A stretch of DNA of 64,000 nt from a virus, in the IMG/VR virus record IMGVR_UViG_3300043256_000274, positions 1 through 64,000 of that record. One strand, given 5' to 3'. Below are positions 43,596 through 53,324 of the stretch, in pieces. Position numbers and translations under genes: made by a program. A model generated the notes under the pieces. It worked only from the letters and a program-made list of their open reading frames with translations. It was not told the DNA's origin and searched no databases. Numbering within the stretch: position 1 is the first letter of the stretch; each line of letters starts with the position of its first letter.

Positions 43596-45568
43596 GATAT
43601 TTCGCCCCAGTTGGGGCCGGTTTCCTTGTCGACTTTGTGAGGTACGTTGCAGGGCACGGCGTTGACCATGATCTCAGCCAGGTGGTCGATCTCATGTTGA
43701 TGCCAGAAGGAGAGGTCGAGCTCGTCGTGTACCTGTAGCTGGAGTCGGATGCCGGCGTCGTCGGCGTCGACCATGGCCTTCTTCATCTGGTCCGCGCTGG
43801 AGCCTTGGATCAGTTTGTTGAGAGCCAGGTGTGTCCAGTCGTAGCTTCCGCTGCCATCTTTCTTGAGAGGGAATCGTCCGTGACGACCGAGGACAGTCTT
43901 GATAAAGCCGCGGGCCTTCGCACGGTTCTCTGCACGACGCGCGAGTTCAGACAGGAACGGCACGCGCTCCTTGAAGAGTGTCAGTAGCTTCTGGCCTTCT
44001 TCGCCAGCAACCTCCAGGTCCCGCCCTCGAAGTGTGATCCACTTCGTCGGCAGGCCGAGGCTACGGCACAGCTTGGCGCCGCCCATGGCGTAGCACAGAC
44101 CGAGGTAGATGATCTTTGCGGCGTCGCGATGCTTCTTGCGTTCCGACTTGTCCCAGGAGTTCCACGCATCATCCCCATGGATAAGCTGGGTCATCATGTT
44201 GTGGTTGTCGGTGGACGGATCGCTGCGGTAGCGTTCGGCTGCTTCGTGAGCGCCGATGCAGTTGGAGAGTTCGGCGAAGTGGACGAGCCATCTCGGCTCC
44301 TGCTGCGAGTAGTCCAGGCACGCCCATTCGGCTCCCTCATCCGGGAGGTAGATCGCGCGCCACAGCTTGCCGATCTCAGGATCACGGGCAGGTTGTTGTT
44401 GCAGATTGGGGTCCCCGGAGGAGAGTCGGCCGGTAATGGTACCGGCCGACCCTCCGTCTTCCTTCTGTCGGCGTAGCTGGTGGAATGTGCAGTGGATCCG
44501 ATCGCCGATAGCATGTGTGCGGATGGATTCGATGAAAGTGGTACGCAGCTTGTTGAAGCGACGAGCTCGGAGGAAATGGTTGACGACCGGGTGGTCTCCC
44601 AAGGCTTCGAGGACTTCCTTCTTGATGCTCGGCTTCCCACTCTTGGGCGTCAACGGCAGCTTGCATCCGGTCGCAGCCTCGATCGCCTTGGCGACGACAG
44701 TCGGACGGTTGATGTCGGCGGTCGTCACGGTTACACCGCTGAGTCGCGTGACCTCCGCGAGCGAGGCCTTCTCCTCCTGGAACGTCTTGCCCTCGACGAT
44801 GTCGAGATGGTCGAAGTCCACGCGCACACCGCGGCGACGCATCTTGATCAACACCGGCATCAGACGTGACTCCAGGTCATACAGGTCCCAGAGCCGTGCG
44901 CCTCGGTCGTCGGCGTCGTCGACCGCTTGGATACGCCTTTCCTGTTTCTGAATAAGGGGCAGAAGCCGACTAGCGTCGGCTTCTGCGTAAGGCCCCACAT
45001 GACGCGCCGGCAGCTTCCACATCTCGGACTTCGCATTGATGCCGAACATCGCTGCGGCCTGAACTAGGTGGCTCTCGTTCTTCCCCTCGAACCCGTTGCG
45101 AGTGAGCACTGCGTCCAGACTGTACTTCATCTGGTTCTCGTCCAGCAGCGGCTCCGCGATCTGGATGTCACGGAAGAAGCGCACAGCTCGGAATACAATT
45201 CCGAGCTGGGCCATGTAGTCGTAGTCGTACGACCCGTTCGCGGTGACCATATCTCCCTTGAATACCTGCGCCTGCTGGCGCAGGTATTCAAGTGCTGCCT
45301 TCGCGTCGACATTGTCCCCGCCCTCATGGTCGATGGGCACGTAGAAGCACGGGGCATTGGCCAGATTCTTCGAATCTGGCCACTCGATCGCGAACGAGAA
45401 GCCCACCACTCGGCCCTTGCGACGCACGCCCGGCCCGGTCTTCGTGAGGTCCGGGTCACACGTCTCGATGTCGAAGGCTACGCGCCTTGCCCCCTCCCAA
45501 CTTGGCAAGTCTGCCAAGTTGGGAGGTCTCCAGTCTGTAACCGGCGCAAACAGAGGAAGTTGAACCAC
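43592..45568 (-). CDS. DNA polymerase family A with 3'-5' exonuclease
   Basis: DIET exo I, YAEAD, TGRLSS.DPNLQQ, DYSQQEPR, R..AK...GL.Y, QGSSAD, QVHDE; GTG start. Confidence 0.95.
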   Translation of the reverse strand: MVQLPLFAPVTDWRPPNLADLPSWEGARRVAFDIETCDPDLTKTGPGVRRKGRVVGFSFAIEWPDSKNLANAPCFYVPIDHEGGDNVDAKAALEYLRQQAQVFKGDMVTANGSYDYDYMAQLGIVFRAVRFFRDIQIAEPLLDENQMKYSLDAVLTRNGFEGKNESHLVQAAAMFGINAKSEMWKLPARHVGPYAEADASRLLPLIQKQERRIQAVDDADDRGARLWDLYDLESRLMPVLIKMRRRGVRVDFDHLDIVEGKTFQEEKASLAEVTRLSGVTVTTADINRPTVVAKAIEAATGCKLPLTPKSGKPSIKKEVLEALGDHPVVNHFLRARRFNKLRTTFIESIRTHAIGDRIHCTFHQLRRQKEDGGSAGTITGRLSSGDPNLQQQPARDPEIGKLWRAIYLPDEGAEWACLDYSQQEPRWLVHFAELSNCIGAHEAAERYRSDPSTDNHNMMTQLIHGDDAWNSWDKSERKKHRDAAKIIYLGLCYAMGGAKLCRSLGLPTKWITLRGRDLEVAGEEGQKLLTLFKERVPFLSELARRAENRAKARGFIKTVLGRHGRFPLKKDGSGSYDWTHLALNKLIQGSSADQMKKAMVDADDAGIRLQLQVHDELDLSFWHQHEIDHLAEIMVNAVPCNVPHKVDKETGPNWGEIS

Positions 45569-45834
45569 TAGAAGCCTTGCATCCCTACAAACGCTTCCTT
45601 GGTCCTGGCTCGCCACTCTGCTTGGGGGAACGAGTGTGCGTAGAGGAAGGCGATGATCTCGGTCGCTCCAAAGCCACCACGACAGCCCCGACCTTCCAAG
45701 TCCATCATCGCGGGCTGAGGTCCGTGTAGGTGGCAATAGACCTCGTAGGCACGCTCGGTCACCTTGGTGTTGACGCGAGGATGTTCGTGAGGGTGGGTAT
45801 GTATTTGAATTGGATGAAGGATCATTGAGCGCAC
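45568..45834 (-). CDS. Hypothetical protein
   Basis: AY.VY......Q...RGGFG..E motif. Confidence 0.6.
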   Translation of the reverse strand: MRSMILHPIQIHTHPHEHPRVNTKVTERAYEVYCHLHGPQPAMMDLEGRGCRGGFGATEIIAFLYAHSFPQAEWRARTKEAFVGMQGF

Positions 45835-46583
45835 ATAATTTCCATGTATGACTTCACGAACTCCGTCGCGAGCGGCGCGACGATCGCGTTACCGTAGCCG
45901 CGCAGTCGTCCCACTCGGAGGGGAGTCCCATCAGCCAGCGACAGAGACTCGGGTTCACCACTTTTCCAATCGCATACTTGCCATGTATCCGAGCCACTAC
46001 AACTTCCAGGTTGGGTGGACGCTTCCAACATTTGCTCACTGCGTCTGCGGTTATCGTCGCAGCTATTGAGCTGCATGTGCGCGGAGTCGGCCACGAAGTA
46101 GAGTCGCTGTCGGAGGTGTGGAGCACCGACCCCACACGCGCTAAGATCCGCCGCCCCAACGGCGTAACCCGCTCCTTCCAAGTCAGCCGATACAGCGTCG
46201 AACCAAGTGAATCCAGCCTTTCGCGCAACCTGCTCTCCAAAGATGACTGGAGGACGGCACTGTTAGATGAGCCGAAAGAAGTGGGGCCAGAGATGTCGTT
46301 CGTCATCGGTTCCTTTTCCTTTACCTGCAACTGAGAAGGGTTGGCATGGGCATGAGCCGGTCCAAACAGGCCGGGTGTCTTCCCACCCGGCCTGTTTGAG
46401 TGCGTGGGACCACACTCCAATGCCAGCGAAGAAGTGGCACTGGGCGAAGTCGCACAAGTCCTCTGGCGCGACTTCGACTATACTCCGCTCATCCACAACT
46501 CCGTCAGCGATGTGCCCTGCCTTGATCAGATTGCGTAGCCACTCGGCTGCGAACGGGTCGATTTCGTTGTAGTACGCAGTCAT
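45822..46583 (-). pseudogene. C5-cytosine methyltransferase large subunit interrupted by in-frame TAA at 46263-46265
   Basis: FFAGIG, SCPCQPFS, then *QCRPPVIFGEQV, GAPH.RQR, LRGYGNAIV all in one frame. Confidence 0.75.
45854..46306 (-). CDS. Nested alternate-frame ORF: probable C5-MTase small subunit
   Basis: RBS AAGGA; WPTP and NP....WLMGLP..W (motif IX-like). Confidence 0.6.
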   Translation of the reverse strand: MTNDISGPTSFGSSNSAVLQSSLESRLRERLDSLGSTLYRLTWKERVTPLGRRILARVGSVLHTSDSDSTSWPTPRTCSSIAATITADAVSKCWKRPPNLEVVVARIHGKYAIGKVVNPSLCRWLMGLPSEWDDCAATVTRSSRRSRRSS

Positions 46584-47110
46584 TTCGGGAAGACGTCAGG
46601 GGTGCGAGTCCACCGGTACTGATTGAGGAAGGCCGCGATCGGATCGGGAAGCATGGTGCGATTGAACCAAGCAGCTAGGTTTCCGATCATGGCGTTGGCG
46701 TTGGCGTTGCCCATGCGAAGCTGATCGTTCGCCCAGAGGAAGAGTTCGAGCTTGTCGAGAGCCTGTACCCAGGTACGCTCGTCGTCGGTGAGTTCGACCT
46801 TCCAGCCCATCTTCTTCTCGATGCGTGCCTCTATCTGTGCCATGCGCTTCGCCAGCATCGGCTCCCCCAGCTTGGTCGGTCCAGGCATGTCGCCTGTCCA
46901 GCGCTCGGGGAAGTCGTGGAACATGATCGCCAGCATGACGTTGCGCGTCACCACGGGCATCAGGAGCCACGCCAGCGTCATCATGTCGAGGGAGTGTTGG
47001 CCCACGGTGTACGAGCCGTGGTGAGGCATGGTGTGGGCACGCTCGACGTAGCTACACTCCCGCAGGATGGCAACCTGAATGTTGAGGTCCATGGCACTAG
47101 TCGGATCCAC
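46580..47110 (-). CDS. HD-domain nucleotidase (YfbR-like)
   Basis: TV..HS, HD.PE..TGD.P.P.K, DKLE. Confidence 0.85.
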   Translation of the reverse strand: MDPTSAMDLNIQVAILRECSYVERAHTMPHHGSYTVGQHSLDMMTLAWLLMPVVTRNVMLAIMFHDFPERWTGDMPGPTKLGEPMLAKRMAQIEARIEKKMGWKVELTDDERTWVQALDKLELFLWANDQLRMGNANANAMIGNLAAWFNRTMLPDPIAAFLNQYRWTRTPDVFPK

Positions 47111-47369
47111 CGATGGAGTCCTCCGCTAGTATGCGCTGTAGCTCGGCTTGTTCGGCTGCCTCTTCCGCTTCACCCGCCTGCGCCTCGCGCATCCTCTCGG
47201 CTGCCTGCTGGAGCATGAGTCCAGCGTTCGCTAGGGCGCACGGCAGGCAGGGCTCGTACTTCACGATCGGACCGACCTCGGTCCGCGTTCCCTGGCTGAT
47301 GACGGGGTAGGTAATCGTCCTGCAGCCACACGGCTCTTCTTCGACAGTCGGTTCTCCGGTGAAGGTCAT
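47097..47369 (-). CDS. Hypothetical protein
   Basis: Start moved to MTFTGEP; PCGC...PCLPC. Confidence 0.55.
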   Translation of the reverse strand: MTFTGEPTVEEEPCGCRTITYPVISQGTRTEVGPIVKYEPCLPCALANAGLMLQQAAERMREAQAGEAEEAAEQAELQRILAEDSIGGSD

Positions 47370-48181
47370 GATTGATCGAACCCAAACGTTGGGCGTTCTT
47401 CTCCTGGTGAGATGATGACGGTGAGCGGGGAGATGTTGGGGGACTGGTCGCCGGCGTACTCGCATCCGGTTCCTTCGCTCATCTCGAAAGCATCGACGCA
47501 GCCGAGAGGATCCAGCCAGCGACCGATACAACTGTACCCTAGTCGCATGTCGACTTGGCGTGGGTTCATGCCAAGGGCCATCCAGTCTCTTCGAGACTGG
47601 ATGTACCCACACGATGGACACACGAACCGCCAGTCGTTGACATCAGGCCCGAACAAAGTTCGGCCCTGCTGTTGCCATTCGGCCATTGTGACCTCGGGCC
47701 ACTCGTCGCTCCACGGCTTCGGCCCGTAGATGTACGTCTCCCAGTTGACCCAGCCGTTCTCGGTGTGGAAGCCCCACTTCCTGGTCTTTCGGCCGTGGAT
47801 CACAAGCGTCGTGCAGGTCGGCGAAACGTAGATGATCCTGTGGGCTCCCTCGGCTCGGCAGAAGTTGAACCAGCGACGGTCTTTCAGCCAGATACCTTCT
47901 TCACCTTCGATTGGCCTGATCTCCTGATACCAGCCGCGCAGTACGAACGAGATGAAGTTCCACGGGTGGTCGTGCATGTGTCGATCAGGGTCCGGACACT
48001 TGATGCGGTGGACGAACACGGAGAACCACGGGCAGCGGAAGACGATGAGTCGCCGTAGGTAGACCGGTACAGCAGGGCCAGTCGTCTGGCCCTGCTGGCT
48101 CGTAATGTCCCACCAGCGCCAGAGGACCCACCGTTGCTTTTCGAGTGGGTCCTGTTTCCTGTGGAAGAAGGGCTTGATCAT
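47366..48181 (-). CDS. Cupin-like domain fused to a VVA0879-like Cys-rich domain
   Basis: HDHPW.F.S..L.G.Y.E...HRI...WGF; then FG.D...W.F.CP.CG, SCIGR, GC.Y. Confidence 0.65.
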   Translation of the reverse strand: MIKPFFHRKQDPLEKQRWVLWRWWDITSQQGQTTGPAVPVYLRRLIVFRCPWFSVFVHRIKCPDPDRHMHDHPWNFISFVLRGWYQEIRPIEGEEGIWLKDRRWFNFCRAEGAHRIIYVSPTCTTLVIHGRKTRKWGFHTENGWVNWETYIYGPKPWSDEWPEVTMAEWQQQGRTLFGPDVNDWRFVCPSCGYIQSRRDWMALGMNPRQVDMRLGYSCIGRWLDPLGCVDAFEMSEGTGCEYAGDQSPNISPLTVIISPGEERPTFGFDQS

Positions 48182-50808
48182 TCGCAGTCTCCGGTGATGG
48201 CGCAGGAGATCACCGCGCCTCGCTTGCCGTCCTTGTTGTACGTGGTACAGCCTTTACATCCGAGCTCCCAAGCTCGGATGTAAATACCCTTGAAGTCGTC
48301 CCAGGACATCGAGCCATCGACGTTGCAGGTCTTGGATACGGCGCTGTCCACGTAGGACTGCGCCGTAGCCAGCACCGCCAGATGTTCGTTTGCTGTGACC
48401 TCACCCGCTGTCTTGCCGCGGACGCCGAGGAACCGGGACCCGTAGTCCTCGAAGCGATATGTCCGCGCGACCTGATCGCTGTCGATGATCTCGCGGTCGA
48501 CCTCATAGGCGAACACCGGCTCGATGCCGCTGCTGATGTTGTCAGCGCACAGGCTGATCGTCCCTGTGGGCGCGATGGAGAGTAGGTGAGAGTTGCGGGT
48601 ACCGTACCGGCCGATGTCCGCACGGACGTCGGCCGGTAGAGTCTGGATGAACTCCCCCGCCTGGTAGCGCGCGTCGAACAGCGGGAACGGACCCTTCTCT
48701 CGGGCCAGCGCAACGCTGGCCCGATACGACTCGTCCCGCAAGACAGTCAGGATGGTCGCCAAGGTACTGACGAACATCTCGCTGCCGTACTCGAAGCCCA
48801 TGGCTTCCAGTGCGTTCGCTACGCCCGTCACACCCAGACCCATTCGGCGCTTCGACTTGGCCTCGCGCTCCTGCTCAGGCAGTGGATAGGTGGCGACGTC
48901 GATGACATTGTCCATGGCCCGTACGACCAGGGGGATGTCGGCCTGGAAGAGGTCGTAGTCGAACTCCCAATGGAACTCCTCGCCGGTCATGCCCCCGCCG
49001 TCGTAGCCGAGATGTCGACCCTGTTTCAGATACATCGTCAGGTTGAACGACCCCAACAGACACGCACCGTAGGGCGAGAGCGGCTGCTCTCCACATGGGT
49101 TCGTGGCCGCGATGGTCTCGCAGTACCACAGATTGTTCGCGGCGTTGATGCGGTCAATGAAGAGGACACCGGGCTCACCCCAATCCCACGTTGACCGCAT
49201 GATGGTCTCCCACAACGCACGGGCGTTGATCTGCCGGACGTTCTGCCCCTCGAAGCGTAGCCAGAAGAGTGCATCGTCACGGACAGCTTCCATGAACTCA
49301 TCCGTCACCGCGACCGAGATGTTGAAGGCCGTCAGCGCGTTCGTGTTCTGTTTCGCATGGACGAACTCCTCAATGTCGGGGTGGTCGACGCGCAGAACCC
49401 CCATCTGGGCACCGCGACGATGGCTCGCGGCCGAGATGCAGACGCAGCCGGCGTTGAAGATGCCCATGAAGGGAAGCGGCCCCGCGGAGTGGGTCTGTAG
49501 CTTCTTGATCAGCGCACCCCTGGGCCTCAGCGTCGAGAAGTCGTAGCCGATCCCGCCTCCCATCTGGAGGGTGGCGAGGGCCTCGTCGAGGCGTTGGGTG
49601 ATGGAGCCATCGCCGACTCGCAGCGAGTCGGCGATAGTCCCCGACACAAAACACTGACCAGTGTGAATTCCACCCTCCAAAACAAACGAGTCGGTGGACT
49701 TGACGCGCGGACAATACGTCATGCCTTTGCGTATTGATCCGATCTCAGCTACGCGCCAACCAGCTTTTCGAGGCACGAACCGATCACGGTGATGCTCCAT
49801 CAGGAAGTCAGCGTTCGTCAGTGATGCGCGGTCGAAACGGAGGTTTCCGGACTCCTTGTTGCGCTCTCCAAAATTCGTAGTGGCCTTGAGTTTTGACCAA
49901 CCTAGCGGGTGGAAGCCAGCGACAGGAGCCCAGCGTCGGCACCACTGGACCTCGTCCGGGGCCATGCAGATTGTAACTTCTGGCTGCGTAGATACGCAGC
50001 CGTCTGTAGCTATCCATCCGCGCATGAACCCACGCAAGTATGCAGGAGAGACGTCGAGCGGTAGCACTTTGAGATTACTGTCAGACTCAATCACCACGAA
50101 CGGATCACCACCACAGGAGTTTGGGTGGGTCACTGAAAGTGCTGGAAGGAATCGTTCGAGAGTTGCCTTTGCACCACAGAGGCGAATCTGGAATCGACCT
50201 GCGCGTCGGAATGAGCCATCGCCATAGATGATGCCGTGGGCAAGACCATCCAAATAGTTGATGGGGCATTCTCCGCGGTCTTGTTCTGTTTTTAGTCCAG
50301 GCGCGTGAAGGTATGCAATCGACAAACCTCGACGCAAGTTACCAGTTACGCACTCCGACCCATCTGCAAGGATCCAGCGATGGTCTGGTGTTGCCCAGAC
50401 GGTTTGGGAGATGCGTCCTGACGTGAGTCTAACCTCTCGTAGATCGCGGATGCCGAACTCATTGATCTTTGCTCGTTGCCACTCGCCGTTGCCGTCGAGC
50501 AACGTAACCTCTCCATATTCATAGGCTGTTGAGAGATCAATCACACCATGCTCTCTCGTAATGAACCGGGTGCCTGCCTCTAGACAGTTGTACGGCGTGA
50601 TGTTGCGCGTGCTACCGATGGCCAACTGTATTCGGCCTCCAGCCAAGAAGCGCTGTTCGAGCAGGATCTCCCGGTAGGGTTTGTAGTGCTCGCCGGGAGC
50701 GAGCACTACAGCCTGCCGGTTGCATGCCTCTTCGAAGCTCTCCCCCGGGCCGCGGTACTTTGCGGCGTGCTGCAGGTCACACTCGGGAACTTGCGGTCCG
50801 TAGGTCAT
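48178..50808 (-). CDS. nrdJ: Class II (B12-dependent) ribonucleotide reductase with intein
   Basis: YN/CFV, GGGIGYDFS.LRP, RRGAQM, HPDI, ATNPCGEQPL, GACLLGS, IAPTGT; no small subunit nearby. Confidence 0.9.
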   Translation of the reverse strand: MTYGPQVPECDLQHAAKYRGPGESFEEACNRQAVVLAPGEHYKPYREILLEQRFLAGGRIQLAIGSTRNITPYNCLEAGTRFITREHGVIDLSTAYEYGEVTLLDGNGEWQRAKINEFGIRDLREVRLTSGRISQTVWATPDHRWILADGSECVTGNLRRGLSIAYLHAPGLKTEQDRGECPINYLDGLAHGIIYGDGSFRRAGRFQIRLCGAKATLERFLPALSVTHPNSCGGDPFVVIESDSNLKVLPLDVSPAYLRGFMRGWIATDGCVSTQPEVTICMAPDEVQWCRRWAPVAGFHPLGWSKLKATTNFGERNKESGNLRFDRASLTNADFLMEHHRDRFVPRKAGWRVAEIGSIRKGMTYCPRVKSTDSFVLEGGIHTGQCFVSGTIADSLRVGDGSITQRLDEALATLQMGGGIGYDFSTLRPRGALIKKLQTHSAGPLPFMGIFNAGCVCISAASHRRGAQMGVLRVDHPDIEEFVHAKQNTNALTAFNISVAVTDEFMEAVRDDALFWLRFEGQNVRQINARALWETIMRSTWDWGEPGVLFIDRINAANNLWYCETIAATNPCGEQPLSPYGACLLGSFNLTMYLKQGRHLGYDGGGMTGEEFHWEFDYDLFQADIPLVVRAMDNVIDVATYPLPEQEREAKSKRRMGLGVTGVANALEAMGFEYGSEMFVSTLATILTVLRDESYRASVALAREKGPFPLFDARYQAGEFIQTLPADVRADIGRYGTRNSHLLSIAPTGTISLCADNISSGIEPVFAYEVDREIIDSDQVARTYRFEDYGSRFLGVRGKTAGEVTANEHLAVLATAQSYVDSAVSKTCNVDGSMSWDDFKGIYIRAWELGCKGCTTYNKDGKRGAVISCAITGDCE
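49654..50586 (-). mobile_element. Intein (311 aa) with LAGLIDADG endonuclease and C-terminal Gln
   Basis: Starts CLEAGT; block B ATPDHRW; HGIIYGDG and RGWIATDG; ends TYC..V....SFVL.GGIHTGQ before C+1. Confidence 0.9.
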
Positions 50809-51038
50809 TCGGGAAATCGTCCGATGACGACGTAGAAGATGGCAGCGAGGATGCGCTCACGGTCGGCAGTGGACGCACCTTCGGGAAGAAGACTAGAGAG
50901 GGGCTCGTACTGAGATCGTAGTTCCGCCATGCGCTCTTTGATCGATGCCAATTCCAGACGGGAACTGGCAGTTTCAACGTTCGCACGCGCAAGACGGGTC
51001 TTGTCTTGCGCGTGGAAGTAGTCAGCGAGATCACTCAC
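50805..51038 (-). CDS. Hypothetical protein
   Basis: GTGA/ATGA coupling. Confidence 0.45.
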   Translation of the reverse strand: MSDLADYFHAQDKTRLARANVETASSRLELASIKERMAELRSQYEPLSSLLPEGASTADRERILAAIFYVVIGRFPE

Positions 51039-51301
51039 CAGCCAAGCCTTATGCGCAGGCGCTCTAGGAACGAGCGACGCAGAGGCCACTCTTCGACCCG
51101 CAGCACGACTTCATCAGTGAGGATCTCGACCCCATCGGCATATATATCGAGTGTGACATGCAGCAGTCCATCGTCGGCACCCGCTTTCATTTCGACGGAC
51201 TTTACCGAGAGTTTCTCAGTCACGTCCTCATCTCCAAGAAAGACCTGGAAGTCTTTGTTGATGTTGGGACCAATTTTGATTCGTAGCTGGTTATTCTTCA
51301 T
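51035..51301 (-). CDS. Hypothetical protein
   Basis: RBS GAGG; coupled. Confidence 0.55.
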   Translation of the reverse strand: MKNNQLRIKIGPNINKDFQVFLGDEDVTEKLSVKSVEMKAGADDGLLHVTLDIYADGVEILTDEVVLRVEEWPLRRSFLERLRIRLGW

Positions 51302-51440
51302 TTCGTTTCCTCAAGAATGTCCTGCACTCGACAGAACGAGCACAAGATTGTGGATTCATCATTTTGCACCACGCGACAACCGACAGGTCGGCCACAGCGT
51401 TCGCAGCTAGGTGCGTCTTCCTCTTGGCTGCAGATGAGTT

Positions 51441-52655
51441 TCACTGGATCACCGTCACAGTCTTGGCGGCACGGGTCAAAGCCGTGTACATCCAACGAGA
51501 CGCATCTTGTCGGAAGCACGAACTCTCATCTATGATACAGACCGAGTCATACTGACTGCCTTGGCTCTTATGACAGGTGATCGCGTAGGCGAAGTCGAAG
51601 CACTGAGCGCCGCGGATCTCGTAGTGGGGGATCTCGTCCTCGGTGCCCAGGAAGTATTGCTTGTGGGCTGTGACCGTGAACGAGTAAGCATCCTCCTCAC
51701 CGGATGCAGCGATGGTGAGGAGCAGCTTGTCGCCTGTGGGGTCGTCCTCGACTCCGACGACATCCCACTGGCTGCCGTTGAGCAGGCCCGTGTCGGCGTC
51801 GTTGCGGAGGCAGATTAGCCGATCCCCTACCACAGGTAGGGGATCGTCTATCCCCATGACGCGCTCTCGGATGCGGCTATTGATTCGGCGCCGCGTCACG
51901 TTCCGGCCGCAGATGACTTGATCGAACGCCGCGAGGTCGGCCGTTGTCAGGCTGTTCTTCTTCACCACCTTCGCATCCCCCTCGGGCCGTAGGTTGAGCG
52001 AGCGCCCAGCACGGACCGCTGTGGCCATGGCGAGGATAGGAGATCCAGCGGCTTGCCGGTGGATCTCCGTCAAAAGGCAATCTGCCTTTTGACATGTAAA
52101 GTAGCCGGTGCCGCGGACGGGCGGAAGCTGGGCGGGGTCTCCAAGTGCCAGGATTGGGCAACCGAAGCTCTCCAGGTCTTGGCCGATCTGCATGTCGACC
52201 ATGGAGACCTCGTCGAGGATCAGGAGCGACGCCTCACGTAGCTCGGACTCAAGGTTCAGGTTGAACGCCGGCTTCTTGAGGTTCTTACTCTCCTCGCGAA
52301 AGAGGAGTTGGAGTTCTCGGAGACGAACTTCGTCCTTCTCGGCTTCCATCTGCTCTCGGATCTTCGTCAACTTCTGAGCGCACTTGGCGCGAGGGATGTA
52401 GATGAGCGAGTGAATCGTGCGGGCACCGTAGCAGCCCTTGGAGTTGAGCACAAGCGCAGCCTTGCCAGTGAAGGCCGCGAAGATGACGTTGCCACCGATC
52501 GCTTCGGCGATGGCCTTGGCGATCGTCGTCTTGCCGGTGCCGGCGTAGCCGAAGAGCCGGAAGACCGGAGGCTGGTGAATGTCACCATGCGACAGCGCTT
52601 CGTGCCACTTGAGCACAGCGTCGATCGCGCCTTGCTGTTCGGGTGTCCATTCCAT
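51441..52655 (-). CDS. Dda/RecD-like SF1B helicase
   Basis: GYAGTGKT, AFTGKAA, TIHSLIY, DEVSM, GDPAQLPPV, EIHRQ, YAITCHKSQGS, YTALTRA. Confidence 0.92.
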   Translation of the reverse strand: MEWTPEQQGAIDAVLKWHEALSHGDIHQPPVFRLFGYAGTGKTTIAKAIAEAIGGNVIFAAFTGKAALVLNSKGCYGARTIHSLIYIPRAKCAQKLTKIREQMEAEKDEVRLRELQLLFREESKNLKKPAFNLNLESELREASLLILDEVSMVDMQIGQDLESFGCPILALGDPAQLPPVRGTGYFTCQKADCLLTEIHRQAAGSPILAMATAVRAGRSLNLRPEGDAKVVKKNSLTTADLAAFDQVICGRNVTRRRINSRIRERVMGIDDPLPVVGDRLICLRNDADTGLLNGSQWDVVGVEDDPTGDKLLLTIAASGEEDAYSFTVTAHKQYFLGTEDEIPHYEIRGAQCFDFAYAITCHKSQGSQYDSVCIIDESSCFRQDASRWMYTALTRAAKTVTVIQ

Positions 52656-52951
52656 CAGTTGTTACCCAAGCATTCAGTACAAACAATCCACTTTCCAGCA
52701 CGACTAGGACCGTAACCTTTCTGATTACAGAAAGTGCAGATGCCAAGGTAGGCGGCTCGCGGATCTTTCGCAAGCTGTTCGACCCGCGCTCGATCGTCTT
52801 TGTCACGCTGGATCTTGTCCGCCGCCAGGCCGGATTCTGATATCCAGGCTGCGCACGCAAGGACACCGGTCGCACTAGCGGCCCAGTATTCGCCCATGCA
52901 CAGGAACATAAGGGTGAAGGCAGCGAAGAGTACAGGAAAGACGTTCTTCAT
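52655..52951 (-). CDS. Membrane protein with C-terminal zinc ribbon
   Basis: Two hydrophobic segments; CTFC...CTEC. Confidence 0.55.
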   Translation of the reverse strand: MKNVFPVLFAAFTLMFLCMGEYWAASATGVLACAAWISESGLAADKIQRDKDDRARVEQLAKDPRAAYLGICTFCNQKGYGPSRAGKWIVCTECLGNN

Positions 52952-53094
52952 AAGGTCTCGCAGTATTCTCGTAGATTCTCGCGTGCGATCTCTTCGGTAT
53001 CGTAGGGTCCATAACTCTCAGACCAAGTCTCGTTCCAAAAGAACCATCCCTGGACGTCAATTCTCTGAAAGATCGGATCGTTGCTTTGTTCCAT
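52948..53094 (-). CDS. Small conserved phage protein
   Basis: W.FW.ETW...GPY.T. Confidence 0.6.
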   Translation of the reverse strand: MEQSNDPIFQRIDVQGWFFWNETWSESYGPYDTEEIARENLREYCETL

Positions 53095-53291
53095 CAGGAT
53101 ATCCCGAAGAGTTGGAGGATTCGCTGTAGCCCACGCGCAGCCTCTTTGCAGTCGACTTTGGTCTTGCCCCAACTCACAGCATGTGTTTTCCCATCGGGTC
53201 CGAAAGACAAGACGAGCACTTGTGTCTGACCATACTGTTCGCCGTAGCGTTTTGCAGCGGCCACTGGGATTCGTTTCGGGGGTTTCTTCAT
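53094..53291 (-). CDS. Hypothetical protein
   Basis: IP..AAK...YG..QV...H..S.G.T..DC..AA. Confidence 0.6.
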   Translation of the reverse strand: MKKPPKRIPVAAAKRYGEQYGQTQVLVLSFGPDGKTHAVSWGKTKVDCKEAARGLQRILQLFGIS

Positions 53292-53324
53292 GGGGGGAGG
53301 TTGGGCAGTTTTCATTCTCATGCC

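Noticed and set aside
11442-46265. Genome-wide stop-codon reassignment
   Set aside because: TGA, TAA and TAG all terminate many well-defined genes; only two isolated internal stops of different types were seen, and there is no suppressor tRNA.
32275-47110. Z-genome (2-aminoadenine) pathway suggested by the HD nucleotidase and dNTP diphosphohydrolase
   Set aside because: No PurZ-like gene lies in the window, and these enzymes are common without it.
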